A stretch of DNA of 63,656 nt, filler included, from Sphacelaria rigidula (lineage: Eukaryota), in NCBI GenBank assembly GCA_964200075.2. It is 11 parts of 11 records of this genome, joined end to end, with 100 filler letters (N's around TTAATTAATTAA, not from the genome) between each part and the next. Parts side by side here need not be neighbours in the genome. Positions count along the whole stretch, not along the records: positions 46,371 to 52,066 come from CAXNAA020025181.1; positions 52,167 to 57,861 come from CAXNAA020025182.1; positions 57,962 to 63,656 come from CAXNAA020025183.1; 8 more parts are not named here. One strand, 5' to 3'. A program made the translations under genes and the position numbers. Each line of letters opens with the position of its first letter. Positions within the stretch are counted from its first letter, which is position 1. The notes beneath the pieces are model-generated. The model was not told where the DNA came from. It made no database searches and was given only the letters and a program-made list of their open reading frames with translations. Shown piece after piece: positions 49,701 through 61,872 of the stretch.

Positions 49701-51133
49701 CCAAGTTGCCTTGTGTCAGCTGGCGGGTTATTGTTGCACAGCCCCGGAAACAAGATCGCGATGCCCTTTGTCGTCTCCGGTCTGTGGCGCTGACCAATGC
49801 GAAGATTGATTCCTCTCTGCCTCTCTGCTTGGACAGGACGCGCCAGTGTCCATGGTAGAACACGTCGTCGAAAAGCAGGGCGATGTTCCCGTCAACGCTA
49901 CTGTTCTCTCTCTCACACACATGCGAGCAAGGACGTTTGTGCCGGTTCGCCAAGATCTAATGATCGCAAGCTGGGGGTTGTTATTGTAATCGCAGATTTT
50001 CACCCGACGTGTGCGAAACGAGGACAACAGTCTGCCACATGCCAGTGGGGGGGATGTATGAGAGATCAAACACTCGTGTAGACCTTCTTGACATGCGGGG
50101 TGGAAAACAGACACCTCTGGGATTGACTTAACTCTTGCTGGCGTGACCCATGACATCTTCTAATTTAACCCTTTCTTCGTACAAACGGCTCAGCAGGGTG
50201 TGTTTGTTGTTTCGGTGTCTGTCGCAGAAAATTGTCATGTGAGAAGAGAGACACCCTAGGCTGAGGCGAGAGATGGTTAGGAACGAGGGTGTTATATGAT
50301 TAACCTCCTGCCGTTGTACTCATGACCCATGCCGTTAAGCGCTGACCAAGAAGTTCTTGCCTGAGATTAGCTTTCGAGCAACGTACAGACAGTAGCCGGC
50401 AGTACGTCAAGCCTGAATGACTACTGAAATTTCTTTGCTGCATGTACTCACTGTCCGTAGCAATTCAATTGTACAAGCTTTGTAAGGGAGAAGGGTAATC
50501 AAATTAGAATCTCAATCACTTAAATCAAAGCGGTCATCACAAGCTGGGGGAAGATGATTTCCTTTCGTATAACTCTTTCGCACCATTCCTGAAAATTAGT
50601 TATGCCATTTGAAACCCATGTTAGTGCTCAAGCCCATTTTTGATAATCGGCTGTTCTCATTGAGAATCTCCATCTTCAATTTTTTATGATCGGCTGTTTG
50701 TATCTTAAACCCAAATTATGGCCGCATCTGGTACAAGGCAGAGTCCGGCAACCACGTTTACGCTTACACCGAGGTAGCAACACCCTTCCTCACCTCGCAC
50801 TCTATTTCCCTCCTTGACTATCTCGTCATTGCCTTTTGTTTAGAGAGCCGGCATCACCTCCCCACGAATTGGGTATCGTGGGAGAAACTATGGCGACCAA
50901 ACCACCCAGTGTTATGGCATCGTCGTCACTTGATGGTAGTATTGGTGGTGGTGGTGATGGTGGTGGTGGTGGTAGCGGTGATGGTCGCGGCGGGGAGAAT
51001 GGTGTCGGCGGCCGTAGCGCTGGCGCCGGCAGTGAGATTAGTTATGCGACTAGTTCGAGTGGGTCGTGCTCGACAAGGGCATTTGAGGAAGATGCATCTT
51101 CTTATGCGGAGGGGATGAAGACGAGACAGCCGG
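46775..51133 (+). CDS. DLEC1: Four exons (46775-46876, 47337-47471, 48260-48399, 50844-51133) of an ASH/Ig-like-domain ciliary protein, DLEC1/CFAP81-like
   Basis: GT-AG exons join in phases 0, 0, 2: VKNEGTMPVMLTWCMED...VFVK|VVKDEEG...VSVCYRAPKPFQSPFVVQPKQGVVEPRSEGAFK|VLLPEH...|REPASPP. The N.g...l.W then PF.V.P....V.P.....F.V pattern recalls the DLEC1 ASH domain. Exon structure is firmer than the gene name. Confidence 0.6.
48506..48905. mobile_element. Intronic MITE-like element with TCARGGATGT termini and an internal GGATATCC/GGACATCC/CCATGG motif array
   Basis: tcaaggatgt ... acatccctga; dense ggacatccatc / ggatat repeats. Confidence 0.6.
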
Positions 51134-51997
51134 GTAAGCTCACGCCCTGCTACTATCGTTAGTTCAAGTCTGACATTCAACTCCGGATATAATATTTGGC
51201 CTGGGACTCGGCGAGACGCCGGATGGGTTCACAAAGGTTCGTCCGTATTGATGAAAGCGGAGCTTGAGCAAAAACCCTCAAGCTAGAGTGTTCGACGGAC
51301 TAATCGTTCTGAACATAGTTGTATGCAAAGTACTTGCTGTACTTCGGCCATAGTAATATCGTCTGTAAACCCTTTGAATGTCAGGGTAGGTCATTTGGGT
51401 ATTCCAGTTATTTCCCCGACGAAAATCACGACGGTTCCACAGACGACCACTGTAGCGGTCCAAGGGTTGTGTTGATCCTGAAAGATCCATAATGAACGGT
51501 TGAAGCCTTGGGCATACATTCTTACGTTTTCATCGGAGAGCCACTCAAATTTCGGCTTTTAATTTGAAAACTCGAAGCCATAATTTGAAAAGGTCGTTCC
51601 GACCTCGCGTGGGAAAAGTTGCGAACTTGAGGCTGTATGCTCAAGTCGTGAAAATAACCGCGGTCAGGCAAACTTGGCGTGTCAATCAAGCTGTAACACC
51701 GCAAGGACTTTACCGTAAAACAGACTCAGAGTTTTGATAATCACATCATACTAGTTTGAGAAGCGCGCCCAGAATATTAAGCTCTGTTTTCTCTCTAACT
51801 CTGATTGCCGCCGACGCACCGTAACATATGTAACTTACGCGTAACAGTTCTGAACAATTCCACTACAGCTTTGCAAGTTCCTCTCTTCATCATGGCTTCG
51901 TGTAACCTGGTTGGTACCGCGCCGGTCGCGGGCTCCGTCTTCCCTAGGGGTATATTTCGCGCTGATAGCTACGACCGTTTGTCACAGAATCATCGTG

Positions 51998-51998
<1 letters not shown>

Positions 51999-52066
<68 letters not shown>
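51999..52066. repeat. (TTA)n microsatellite at a contig end
   Basis: Seen directly. Confidence 0.97.
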
Positions 52067-53727
52067 NNNNNNNNNNNNNNNNNNNNNNNNNNNNNNNNNN
52101 NNNNNNNNNNTTAATTAATTAANNNNNNNNNNNNNNNNNNNNNNNNNNNNNNNNNNNNNNNNNNNNGTGGATAGTCTTTTAAATGAGACTTGGCGGACGG
52201 AGACAGGCAGGAGTGGAGATGTGATTGCACGAAAAAAGAGGCTCATAGGTGTGTCAGACGACCTGCCACACTCGCGGGGCGCTCGTGTTTGGTTCAAAAT
52301 GGTGTCAAGCAGTATGGATGAGCGTTATTTATCTTTAACAAGCTCGTTCGAACAACCGTTGCTGCTTTCAACGACGATTTGACTCAGAATTTCGTGCAAG
52401 AAGTGGCCCAAAATATCCACCCACTCCCCTCCTATCGTAGGAGGACCCGTCTCGAAAGTGATGCGTGGTCAATGGTCAAACGACTACGGCAAGCAACAAA
52501 TGAGTACGCCCCCCCCCTATTGTAGGATGACTCAACTACCGGTAGAGTGGTGCTGCTGCAGTGGTGCACATATATTTTCTGAGGTTCGACTTGTTAGGAG
52601 CCCTCTATTTCATCCAAAAAAAATGACGAAGTATGTGAGCACGCCACGATCAGCATTCCAATGGAATAGGGATATCCCGAATAAATTTGAAAACGGGGTT
52701 GGCGTGGTCCGCAATCTCGTGTGGCTCTCAACTTCAGGAGCCCCTGCATGAGAAAGATCTGGGCCTAGAAGCTTGCAACCCCTACTGCAGCGTGACTTGA
52801 TGGGAAGACCGTCAATCTTATTTTGGCTGACATGGAATACCTAGTTTGTCTCGAGAGCATGGAGCCTATTTGAACATTGGCTTTGTTAGTGTGTGTTATT
52901 GCGTGTCCTACGAATGACGACCTGGAATACAAAACATCTGTCGCGAATCCATCTACTCACGGCCCCTCCGACCACTCGACTCCTAACAAATCGAACGCTT
53001 ATGTAGAGGTGCGCCTGTCGAAAACGCCAAAATGCCCGTCTATGCTCGGTAGATGTTCCTTGGTGGAACTGCATGGTCCCAGCATAATGATATCACTGCT
53101 CAGTGACACTCGAGTGCATTTCATGAGGAAGTCTGATTTTGAAAGAACTGAAGCTTAAGCAGCCAATAGCCGTACGGACGAGCTTTCTGCGTGGCATGTC
53201 ACTACATTCAGGACGGGGCGCACGAGGCTCGTGAACGGATTCCCTCGCTCAAACATGTGAAGGAGTCCAGCACCGTACAAGCAGTCCTGCTCTCCACATC
53301 AAAGCGGGAAGCAGAAAGTGAAGTTACTTATCAACAGCCATAGTTCGACGCGTTAGCTCGGGTTCACAGAACATTGCTGCAACGCAAACCCAGTTCTTGT
53401 ATCGTGCTCTCTCCATCTTCCTCTCACGCTCTCTCCATCTCTATCTCCGTCTCCGTCTCCGTCTCTGTCTCCGTCTCCGTCTCTGTATCTGTCTCTGCCT
53501 CTACCTTTGCCTCTCTCTCTCTCTCTCTTCCTATTTCTGTCTCTGACTCTCCATCTTTGTTTGCCTGTATGTCTGTAAGTCTGTCTATCTGCCCTAGTCT
53601 ACGCATTTTGTGTTCCCTTGCTCACTTGCATGTACGTCGTCATCTTGCACACGTGCTACCGACCTCCTACTCATGAAAACAAAACACACGCGCGCAAACA
53701 CGTAACAACGTAAAACATACACAATAG

Positions 53728-54845
53728 GGTCCGTTCAACGTCGCCCCCGGAGGTCAGAGGGACGTCTCCTTCCGCAACGTGTTCGCCGACGCCATGGATT
53801 TCACCTTCACCTGCGACAACCCGGCCTTCGCAGTGATGAGCGGGGAGAGGCAGAACGTTCCGGGAAAGAGCTCCAAGTCTGTGACTATCAAATTCACTCC
53901 GGAGGTGCGGACTACGATGGTAAAGCGGTCTGCACATCCGTGCGTGGGCTTACATGATGCAGCAGTAGTAACACGCTCTCGTAGATCTCGCAGAAGGCAT
54001 CGAAACAGGGTGATCACAGTAGTTTTTCATTGCATCCCCCCTTTTGGGCGACTTGGCGCCAGGACGGTGGAAGGAGGCGTCTTACTGCTGGCTGCAGCGA
54101 CGCATATACTCAACGGCTTCTGTTGCGGGAATGTTTTTGGCGGTGCTCTCTCTTTCGCTGTAGGCGGGAAACCTTCCTCGAGTGCTATTTGCCCTGGGGC
54201 AGAGAACGAAGCGTTTGCGCACGTCGTTGTTCGCCTTAATGTGAACAAGCGCCCTTTTGCTTATTTTTGCTTCGGACAAGACAGAGATGCATGTTTTGAG
54301 CATGCTTCCACTACGCAACGTAGTGGTGTGCCGAGCTGCTCCTGAAACGAGCGTGACATGTGAAACATATAGCGAAAAAGAACATACGGGGTGTCGAAAA
54401 AACTGCCCCGCGACGGTCGACACCTTCGCGGCTCACCGGCAACGACTCGCCGACGCTGGCCGCCCCATTATTCAAACTCTAGAATAGGCGATGCTGCCGC
54501 CGTCGCCTTTCCGGACAAGCTTCCGGCACCTGACACCTCCGTCGCCCCAAACGCCGTTTTCGAGTTTTGGGCTGACAAAACCCTGCTTCTCCTCACTTAT
54601 GTACGACTCGCTAGAAGGACGGATGCAACGAACCACCGCCGTAACCCCCTCACTAGTAATCCCTTTTTACCTGTTTCGTTCAATCTACTGTTTTTCAGGC
54701 TCTGCCAGACGGCAACGGCGCGGCGCCCGGGGCAGGACGAAGCATAGCCGGCAAATTAATCGTCCAGTGTGCCGATGTTGCCGCAGCGGCCACACCGCCG
54801 TGGGTCTTCTATTTGCACGGGGTTCCTCCGCCGCAGTCCACCTGA
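53728..54845 (+). CDS. HYDIN: Last two coding exons (53728-53904, 54699-54845) of the axonemal central-pair protein Hydin
   Basis: Spliced GPFNVAPGGQRDVSFRNVFADAMDFTFTCDNPAFAV...SVTIKFTPE|ALPDG...IAGKLIVQC...PPWVFYLHG...* matches the recalled Hydin C-terminus (GPF...F.NVF...DNPAF...KL.V.C...WVYYL.G); GT-AG, phase 0. Confidence 0.9.
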
Positions 54846-55752
54846 TACCCGAAGGATCATATTCCTACTACAGCGGCAGATATCACTTTTTCCGAAGGCT
54901 GATGACAAGTTTCTTGGGGTCTTGCACGCTACTGTAGTCATGGCGACAAAATCCCTTCCGGTGCACACCATCGATGTGAAAAAAAATGGTTTACAGAAGG
55001 GGCAGGTTTTTCCTATAGTTGTAGGTCAGTGTTTTTCGGTTTGGGATATCATTGCCACGTCGCAACGGTGCCAAGATAGGAGACGTCGCTTCGACGTGCA
55101 TGTGCATGTCATCATATTTCTCGGTGTTTCCCTATCTTGAGAGCTTGTTATGCTCATGTGTTGTGAGGGCGCACACAAGATCTGTACCGTAGACTAAAGA
55201 CCACTGAAGTCGAAATTTTGTTATGGATTATGAGGGCAGGAGGGGGAAAGAGGGGGAAAAGAATATTGTGCGCGTCCGAGGTATATGTCTTCACTCCACC
55301 CCCTGGCACAGCTATCGCTAGAAGCCACCTCTCCTCCTCAGTACCCTCAATGTCATCCCCAAGCTGTGATGGAGATGGAGGCGCCCAGGCGGCTAGGTCA
55401 TTGTTCCACTGTAAACCACTTTGCACTACGAGTATTTGGCTTCTGTAGCCGTTGCTCTGGGGACCGCAAGAGAGGAATAGAAACACGAGGAAATGACCAG
55501 GGTTTGTTCAAAATCGCAAAGAGGAGGTCTTGCACCCATGCATTGGTCTGAAGAAAATAAATGGGATTCCTAGGGTATGGGGGCAAAGCTGGAAACACAG
55601 TGACTTGCCCATGGTGCACGACCCTCGAGCGGTCGTTACTTCGGCCAGATGACTCAGACTTCGTTCGACGTGGGGTTTTGGCCAACCATCAGCTATAAAT
55701 AACAGGAAGTGACACATACCTGCAGGATTTTCAAGACACATACATCGTTACA

Positions 55753-56150
55753 TCACATATATGTATGTATGTATGTATGTATTGCTCCTTCAGCTGCCTT
55801 GTGAAGGATCCTGTCGCCCAACACACTAGGAACTCACGGCGATCAACGAGAGCGCGGAGCGCGCTCGAGCAAGCCCACAGGATTGCAAAAACCGTGGAAC
55901 CACAACACCATTGCCCACCATGCATATGGGTCACATATATGTATGTATGTATGTATGTATTGCTCCTTCAGCTGCCTTGTGAAGGATCCTGTCGCCCAAC
56001 ACACTAGGAACTCACGGCGATCAACGAGANNNNNNNNNNCAACACACTAGGAACTCACGGCGATCAACGAGAGCGCGGAGCGCGCTCGAGCAAGCCCACA
56101 GGATTGCAAAAACCGTGGAACCACAACACCATTGCCCACCATGCATATGG
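55753..56150. repeat. About 180-bp near-identical tandem duplication with (TATG)n, containing a 10-N gap
   Basis: Unit tgtatgtatg...gctccttcagctgcc...ccaccatgcatatggg is repeated; Ns at 56030-56039. Confidence 0.85.
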
Positions 56151-58189
56151 GGGGCGTTGGTGTATGATTTTTTATGAACGTTCTTCTCTATCCACCCAGT
56201 GATGGACGCAGACCGTGCCAAGCTCGTACCAGGCCACGGAGCATCGATTGAGAGGCCAGAGCTGTGTACTCTCTTTGGTAGCGTTTGGGCGCGAGACGTG
56301 GGGAATTCATCTTCAGGTGGCTAGGTTAACAACACAAAACCCCGCCTACGGAACCCCTTGGTTTCGTTGCACCAGGTGTAGCTAAAAGGAGGGGAAATAT
56401 TCCCTGTCGCCTGCAACGAATCAAGTGTCACAACAGCTACAAAGAACATTCGTCGCAGTTTACAAGGGCCAAAGGAAGTGCCCAACAACATGCGACTTTG
56501 GGTTATTCTCAATGGAGCATGTTTGTGTTGAGAAAAATGACTCGCCGGGGAAAATAAGGATTTCGACGTTACCGCGACGCTCCACTTGTGTTCCTGGATG
56601 TAATGTCCGCCGAAAGGCAATGCCAACTGGCACAATGTTTTCGTGAGGTTGAGGGCACAAGATACGATTGGGAGTGAAAAGGTTTGAATCAATGAATGAA
56701 TCGTTTCAGTTCCGAAATGCCCCTCCGAGAGACCCGATGCGCTTTCTGTAGTAGCCTGTCACTGAAGTCCTTGATAGGATATCGACATGTAGCTGTAAGC
56801 ACACGCCAATGTTACAGGCAAAGAAGAGCATATAGACAATGAAAAATCGATCAAGTTAAAGAGCATGATAAATCCACTCTCGATCAACACTCTCTCCTCA
56901 ATCTCGCGAAAACATTGTTTGACGTGATTTCATATGTCATCAGCCAACACTGCCAACAGCGGTACCAACAGCGGGAGCGTTGCGGGGTCTGTCACGGTGC
57001 AGTATGAACATACATAGTGCGCACGTCCAACAGCCTGCGAGCGCCCGTGTTGTTGGTCGCGATTATTACTGTAATTACCGCTCGTTGTTTCCGTCATATT
57101 AGCTCGAGCTGCCGGACGCGTGGTCACAGCGCAAGAAGTATACCATCCGCAGCCATGAACCAAAACGCCAGCACGTTTAGCCGTGAACAACACGTATATT
57201 CCAGATCCTTCCAAATCTAATGGCCCGATACATGGATGGAATTGATTCACCCTTGTCGATATTTGGACACACGTTCCCCCCGATAGCTTACACTCCAATG
57301 GCAAGAAGCAAGGTTCGCGCACTACCATACTTGAGATACCGAATCATGGACAGGCACACCGAAACACCGGGGAACACACAATTCAGCAGCTCACAAGATA
57401 TGGCCACCTCTGAACCTTCTCGCCGCCCCCTTCTCCTTCTCCTCCTCCCCCCTCACAAGCTCGTCCGGGGATGGTGATAGCTTTCAGCAATGCACGTCAA
57501 CACCCGGCCATAAGAAAACGTACACTGATTCCTCCACTCTCCAAAGATGGCCGCCTACACTCACGCGAAAAACGCTCACACACAAACACAAAAATAATCC
57601 ACCAGGCCAGCTGCAAGCAGTGTCCACCCACTTCTACATATGCACCAGTAATCTGTGTTCGGGGGGGGAGGGGGGGGTGGGAGGAGGGGCATATACACCA
57701 CAAAACACTACCCGTAAACATTATTTAACCCATTTCAGGATCAGGATCAGGGACGAGAGCAGAGCACAAGAAACTGTCGCTCACTCCCCCCCCCCCGCCC
57801 CCCCCCACACCCCCCCCCCCCCCCCCCCCCCCCCCGCCCCAGCCACCCCCCCCCCCCGCCCNNNNNNNNNNNNNNNNNNNNNNNNNNNNNNNNNNNNNNN
57901 NNNNNTTAATTAATTAANNNNNNNNNNNNNNNNNNNNNNNNNNNNNNNNNNNNNNNNNNNNCCCCCCCCGGCGCCGCTCCCCCCTACATCTTTTTATTTT
58001 TTATCTGGTCTCAGTACCCCACCTCCCTTCTGGGGTGCTTGCCGGTTTTTTTTTTACCGCGAGAGGGGTTCAGCAGTCTCTTTCCCTCGTCGACCGTTAA
58101 GTCGAATTTTGTGTACCCACGACGTAGTCACTCTCCACTGTTGGGCATGGTGTCGGAAAAAATCCCAGATAGCTCCAGGAATTGAACCC

Positions 58190-58402
58190 CTGCAATGCGT
58201 GAGAGGACCGCGTGCTTAGAGGACCTCATCGGAATTCGAACATCCCTATGGCTAGGGTTAGGGTTAGGGTTAGTATTAGGGTTATAGTCAGGGTCGTGGT
58301 ACCTCCAGGTACTGACCCGATTGGTTTTGAAAAACGTCGGTCCTGAGGTGTTTTGAACTACAGCGCGGTCCTCTAAGCACGCGGTCCTCTCACGCATTAC
58401 AG
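58190..58402. mobile_element. 213-bp MITE with about 36-bp TIRs carrying TTAGGG-like repeats, inserted in a SINE head
   Basis: ctgcaatgcgtgagaggaccgcgtgcttagaggacc / ggtcctctaagcacgcggtcctctcacgcattacag; ctagggttagggttagggttag at about 58252. Confidence 0.88.
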
Positions 58403-58510
58403 TCGACTACTCAACCGCCAGAAGGTTCGAGGTTACCAACTGAGCCACCGGGGCGACCGGCTTCTAGTATACAGTAATAGCTTTGTGCTGAAGGGCGTTC
58501 ACAGCAAGGA

Positions 58511-58940
58511 ACAGGCAACTCTATAAAATGAGGTTGTACAATGAAATGAGGTTCAAGCCCAAAACAGTGCTTTCCTCACACTTTCAGCGATGGTGCCCGA
58601 TGACTTTGTTGTCGGCCTAAAGCCCCTCGATCGCGTTGATACTTCTTCTGCGCATTCCATCTACTCTGTGGGGTTGCAGCCTTGACCGGAACCGTCATTT
58701 ATCCTGTGTGTGTGGTTTTTTGTCTTGGGGGAGGGGGGTGATATCAGGGAAAACGATAGTGTCGGTCAGCGCTGGAAGTCCACAGAGGTGGTAAAATGCG
58801 TAGAGGGAGTATCTACGCGATTGAGGGGCATTAGGCTGCCAATAACGTCATGGGTCACCATCGCTGAAAGTGTGGGGAAAGCACTGTTTCGGGCTTGAAC
58901 CTCATTTCATCGTACAACCTCACTTTATAAAACTGCCTGT
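58511..58940. mobile_element. 430-bp foldback element with about 195-bp imperfect inverted arms
   Basis: acaggcaactctataaaatgaggttgtacaatgaaatgaggttcaagccc... pairs with ...gggcttgaacctcatttcatcgtacaacctcactttataaaactgcctgt. Confidence 0.88.
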
Positions 58941-59785
58941 CTAAAAACAAACTATATAAAAAGTACAAGTGTGTGTAAAGTAATGTGATTGAGACGTATC
59001 TACATCACTTCCTGGAAACAGCGGAGCCGTAATGATTCGGCGGCTCGCGTTGTACATGAGCGAATGTACAACTCGCACTTGACAGGGGATTCTATAAAAT
59101 GAAGTTCATCAATGAAATGAGGTTTGAAGACCCTAGCCGTTGAATATCAAAAAGCCCTCAAGAGTACCGCACGACGGCGCTGATGTGTAATTTTGGGCAG
59201 GAGTGGGAAGTGCGTCCGTGGTTGCACATGCTGCCCATTCCTGCCTGGCTGCCGGCGCCGGACGGCGTCAAACTCCACCATGGTCTGAAGAAAAAGTGGG
59301 AACCATGTCAACAATGTCTCCATGGGAAAACGATTGATTGTCCATGATGTTCTCACTGTGGTGCTTCGAGCTCGCACTCCAACAGATCACCTAGAGATCC
59401 ACCCGAGCAACCCGAGGCCTCACGTGCTGAATCACGACATCACGACGATAGTCGAAGCCCCCAATCTTCCACGACTGCTGCGATAAGGAAAAGACAGGAA
59501 TGCTACACATCAACCCCTGGCCCTCTTCTCCATTGTATCCAATACTGGCTTGGGAATCCTGTCACCAACGTTTAGCTTCTCGCACGAAGCGACAACAAGC
59601 TCTGCTTGCATCCACTCTACGTCCGGCACTAACTTTCGCCTCTTACTCTTACTGCCCATTGTACACCCTTCACTATTTCCCACTGTCTTGTAATCTGCTG
59701 TGATTTTTCGTTTGCCGTATTCGCCGATGTTGTAGCCAGAAGCGTTGTTTCGAATGGAGGAGGTGGCCGGCGACCACCAGCGCAC

Positions 59786-61872
59786 CTGAACTTCTGCTTT
59801 GCCATCGGCCCCTCGCGCTTGTCCGTGGCCCTATCCATCAAAAACAGAGCTTTGTCACCGAGAAGGAAAAAAATGTCCCTTGTCGAACGAGGGAATATAC
59901 CCTGCGGATGGCCGTCTCCGTCGCCCCCGCTACCTAGCACTGAGTTATCGACACCAACTTTTCCCGGATCATCACCGGCAGGCGGCTTCCGCCCCCCCAC
60001 AGACCCCTCGACTACATCAACATCCCCATCTGCCCCCGCCCTCTCTTCCCGTGACCCTCCAGATGACTGCACGCCATTACGCTTGAACCAATGACATGAA
60101 AGGTTCCACAGTGCTGAGCCTTTCGCTGCTAGAAGTCGGTGGGACGTCGCCATGTCGTCCTTGATGGCCTGCTGTTTGTCGAAATCTGCGTGACATGCGT
60201 CGCACGGGAGGGTGGAGGCAGTGCATCTGGGGTATTCAGGGCTCGGGTGTGCTCCTGCGGTGGGGAAAATGATATGGGAAATAAGGGTGAGAAACTTGGG
60301 CCCGCCGTCCGCAGCGAAAACAAAATAAATAGAGTACACAGCGATCAGGATACAGTGTCACTACTTGGGGTGCTTGGGGGTGCAACGCACCGAGGGGGTA
60401 GAGGGCAGCTAGCCGACTGTGGACGGCGTTGTAGCGAACCAGTATGTTATCTCGTTGTGCGGCATCCACCTCCTTCAGGTCGAATGGAGGTACACACTCC
60501 AGATCTGGAACACCCATGCGGAAAAGCGGGTGAGGGACTCCCTCGTAGATCCCGGCAGCCGTCTTCCCCGTGAAGACTGCAGCATGCATGTGCTTCTTCA
60601 TGCCGACGGTCACCTGCTCCATCCTCGCTGGGCGGATTTCGAATGAAGGGGGCTGAGTCACGCCACGAACGGGCAGCACACGGCCACCTTCACCGACAGC
60701 TTCTTTGAAGTTGCCGAGGGAGCGAAGAGTGGTGGTGAACACCTCCAGTGCCTTGTATGCCTTGCGAAAAGCTTCCGCCTGCTGCCTTCTCGTGAACAGG
60801 CAAACTCCCTCGCAGTGAATGGAAATCCTGGTAAAACAGTCCAATGCTTTTGTCGTCGGTTCTTGCTATATACATTTAGATTTCTTCTCATCGCCACCTC
60901 GCTGTACGCATAAAACATATCCCTGAATATGCCAGTACGAAATCAGTCCGGTTTGTTCCACCCATGTTAGGTTTGTTCGACCCATGTTATGGCATTTAGG
61001 AGCGCAAGTACGTGTGCTGTGGATCATCGTGGATTCACGTCCAGTCCACCTACGGCGCTTCGAAAGCGCATATATCTGGACACCGTGTCGGAGTGGAATA
61101 TAGTTGCCGGAGGCATCTTCTCTTAGGGTCTTTTTCCCACTGCGTCTGTGGAGGCAACGCATGACTTGTGCGACACGTGTCAACAACAGCAGAGGTACTC
61201 GTGCAGTGAGAGATCTCGTCTGAAAATACTATGACAACATGAACGAAAAAATATACAAAATATGGCTGGAGTATTGAGTGATGGGTGCGGTTTCACGCCT
61301 GCAGTATGACAGTAGAAGGCGAACGATTTCGTTTATCCCTTCCAGTGCGGTGGGGATGGTGTCTCCTTGCCCCCCATCGTATTCGCGGATAAATTACAAT
61401 ATAGTTTGACGTGGTCACGGGGAGGAACAGCGGGGTCACGGGTAGATGATGTAACCATCACCGGATCTTCTGATGGGTGGGTCAGTTTGTGTACTGGATA
61501 AAATCAACGTCTTTGTGGGATTCACTACGGTTCGTATAAGGGACGACGATTTTTTCCCGTGACACAAAGCTACATAATTTCCTGCACTCGTCACTGTTGT
61601 CTGCAAGGATAATCCTGACGCACCTCGAAAAGGCCTGGTCTATCATGATGTGGGTATGTCCCATCACCATGAACTAATCTCCACGCGGCCGATTGTCCCA
61701 TGGGCCACAAGATATCCGAGGTATCCCAGCACGATGTGGTTTTTATTCTCCCCCACACAGTTGTCGAGTTGCAGATACAGCTCATCGTTGTAAGCTGGTG
61801 TGTCGCCGGTGCAGTGCAAGTCGAATAATCGGGTAAGCGTTAGGTGGATTGACGTGCAAATAAGATTTCTCC
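59786..61872 (-). pseudogene. Intron-containing Sola-type (DUF7869-like) DDD transposase; exons 61624-61872, 60391-60827, 59786-60254, with more degraded upstream exons likely to about 62500
   Basis: NLICTSIHLTL...LYLQLDNCVGENKNHIVLGYLGYLVAHG...EIS(1-nt frameshift)MVMGHTHIMIDQAFS|RISIHCEG...VTQPPSFEI. The DNC..ENKN and GHTH..IDQ.FS motifs are present; junctions are GT-AG and phase-compatible (2, then 1). Confidence 0.8.

Noticed and set aside
46775..54845. DLEC1-like and HYDIN exons as one gene or a ciliary gene cluster
   Set aside because: They are separated by an artificial linker at 52067-52166 and lie on different contigs ordered only by length
56930..57480. Two possible minus-strand exons (about 57395-57480 and 56930-56989)
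   Set aside because: Splice-like sites exist but the frame and phase are ambiguous and the peptide is unrecognisable
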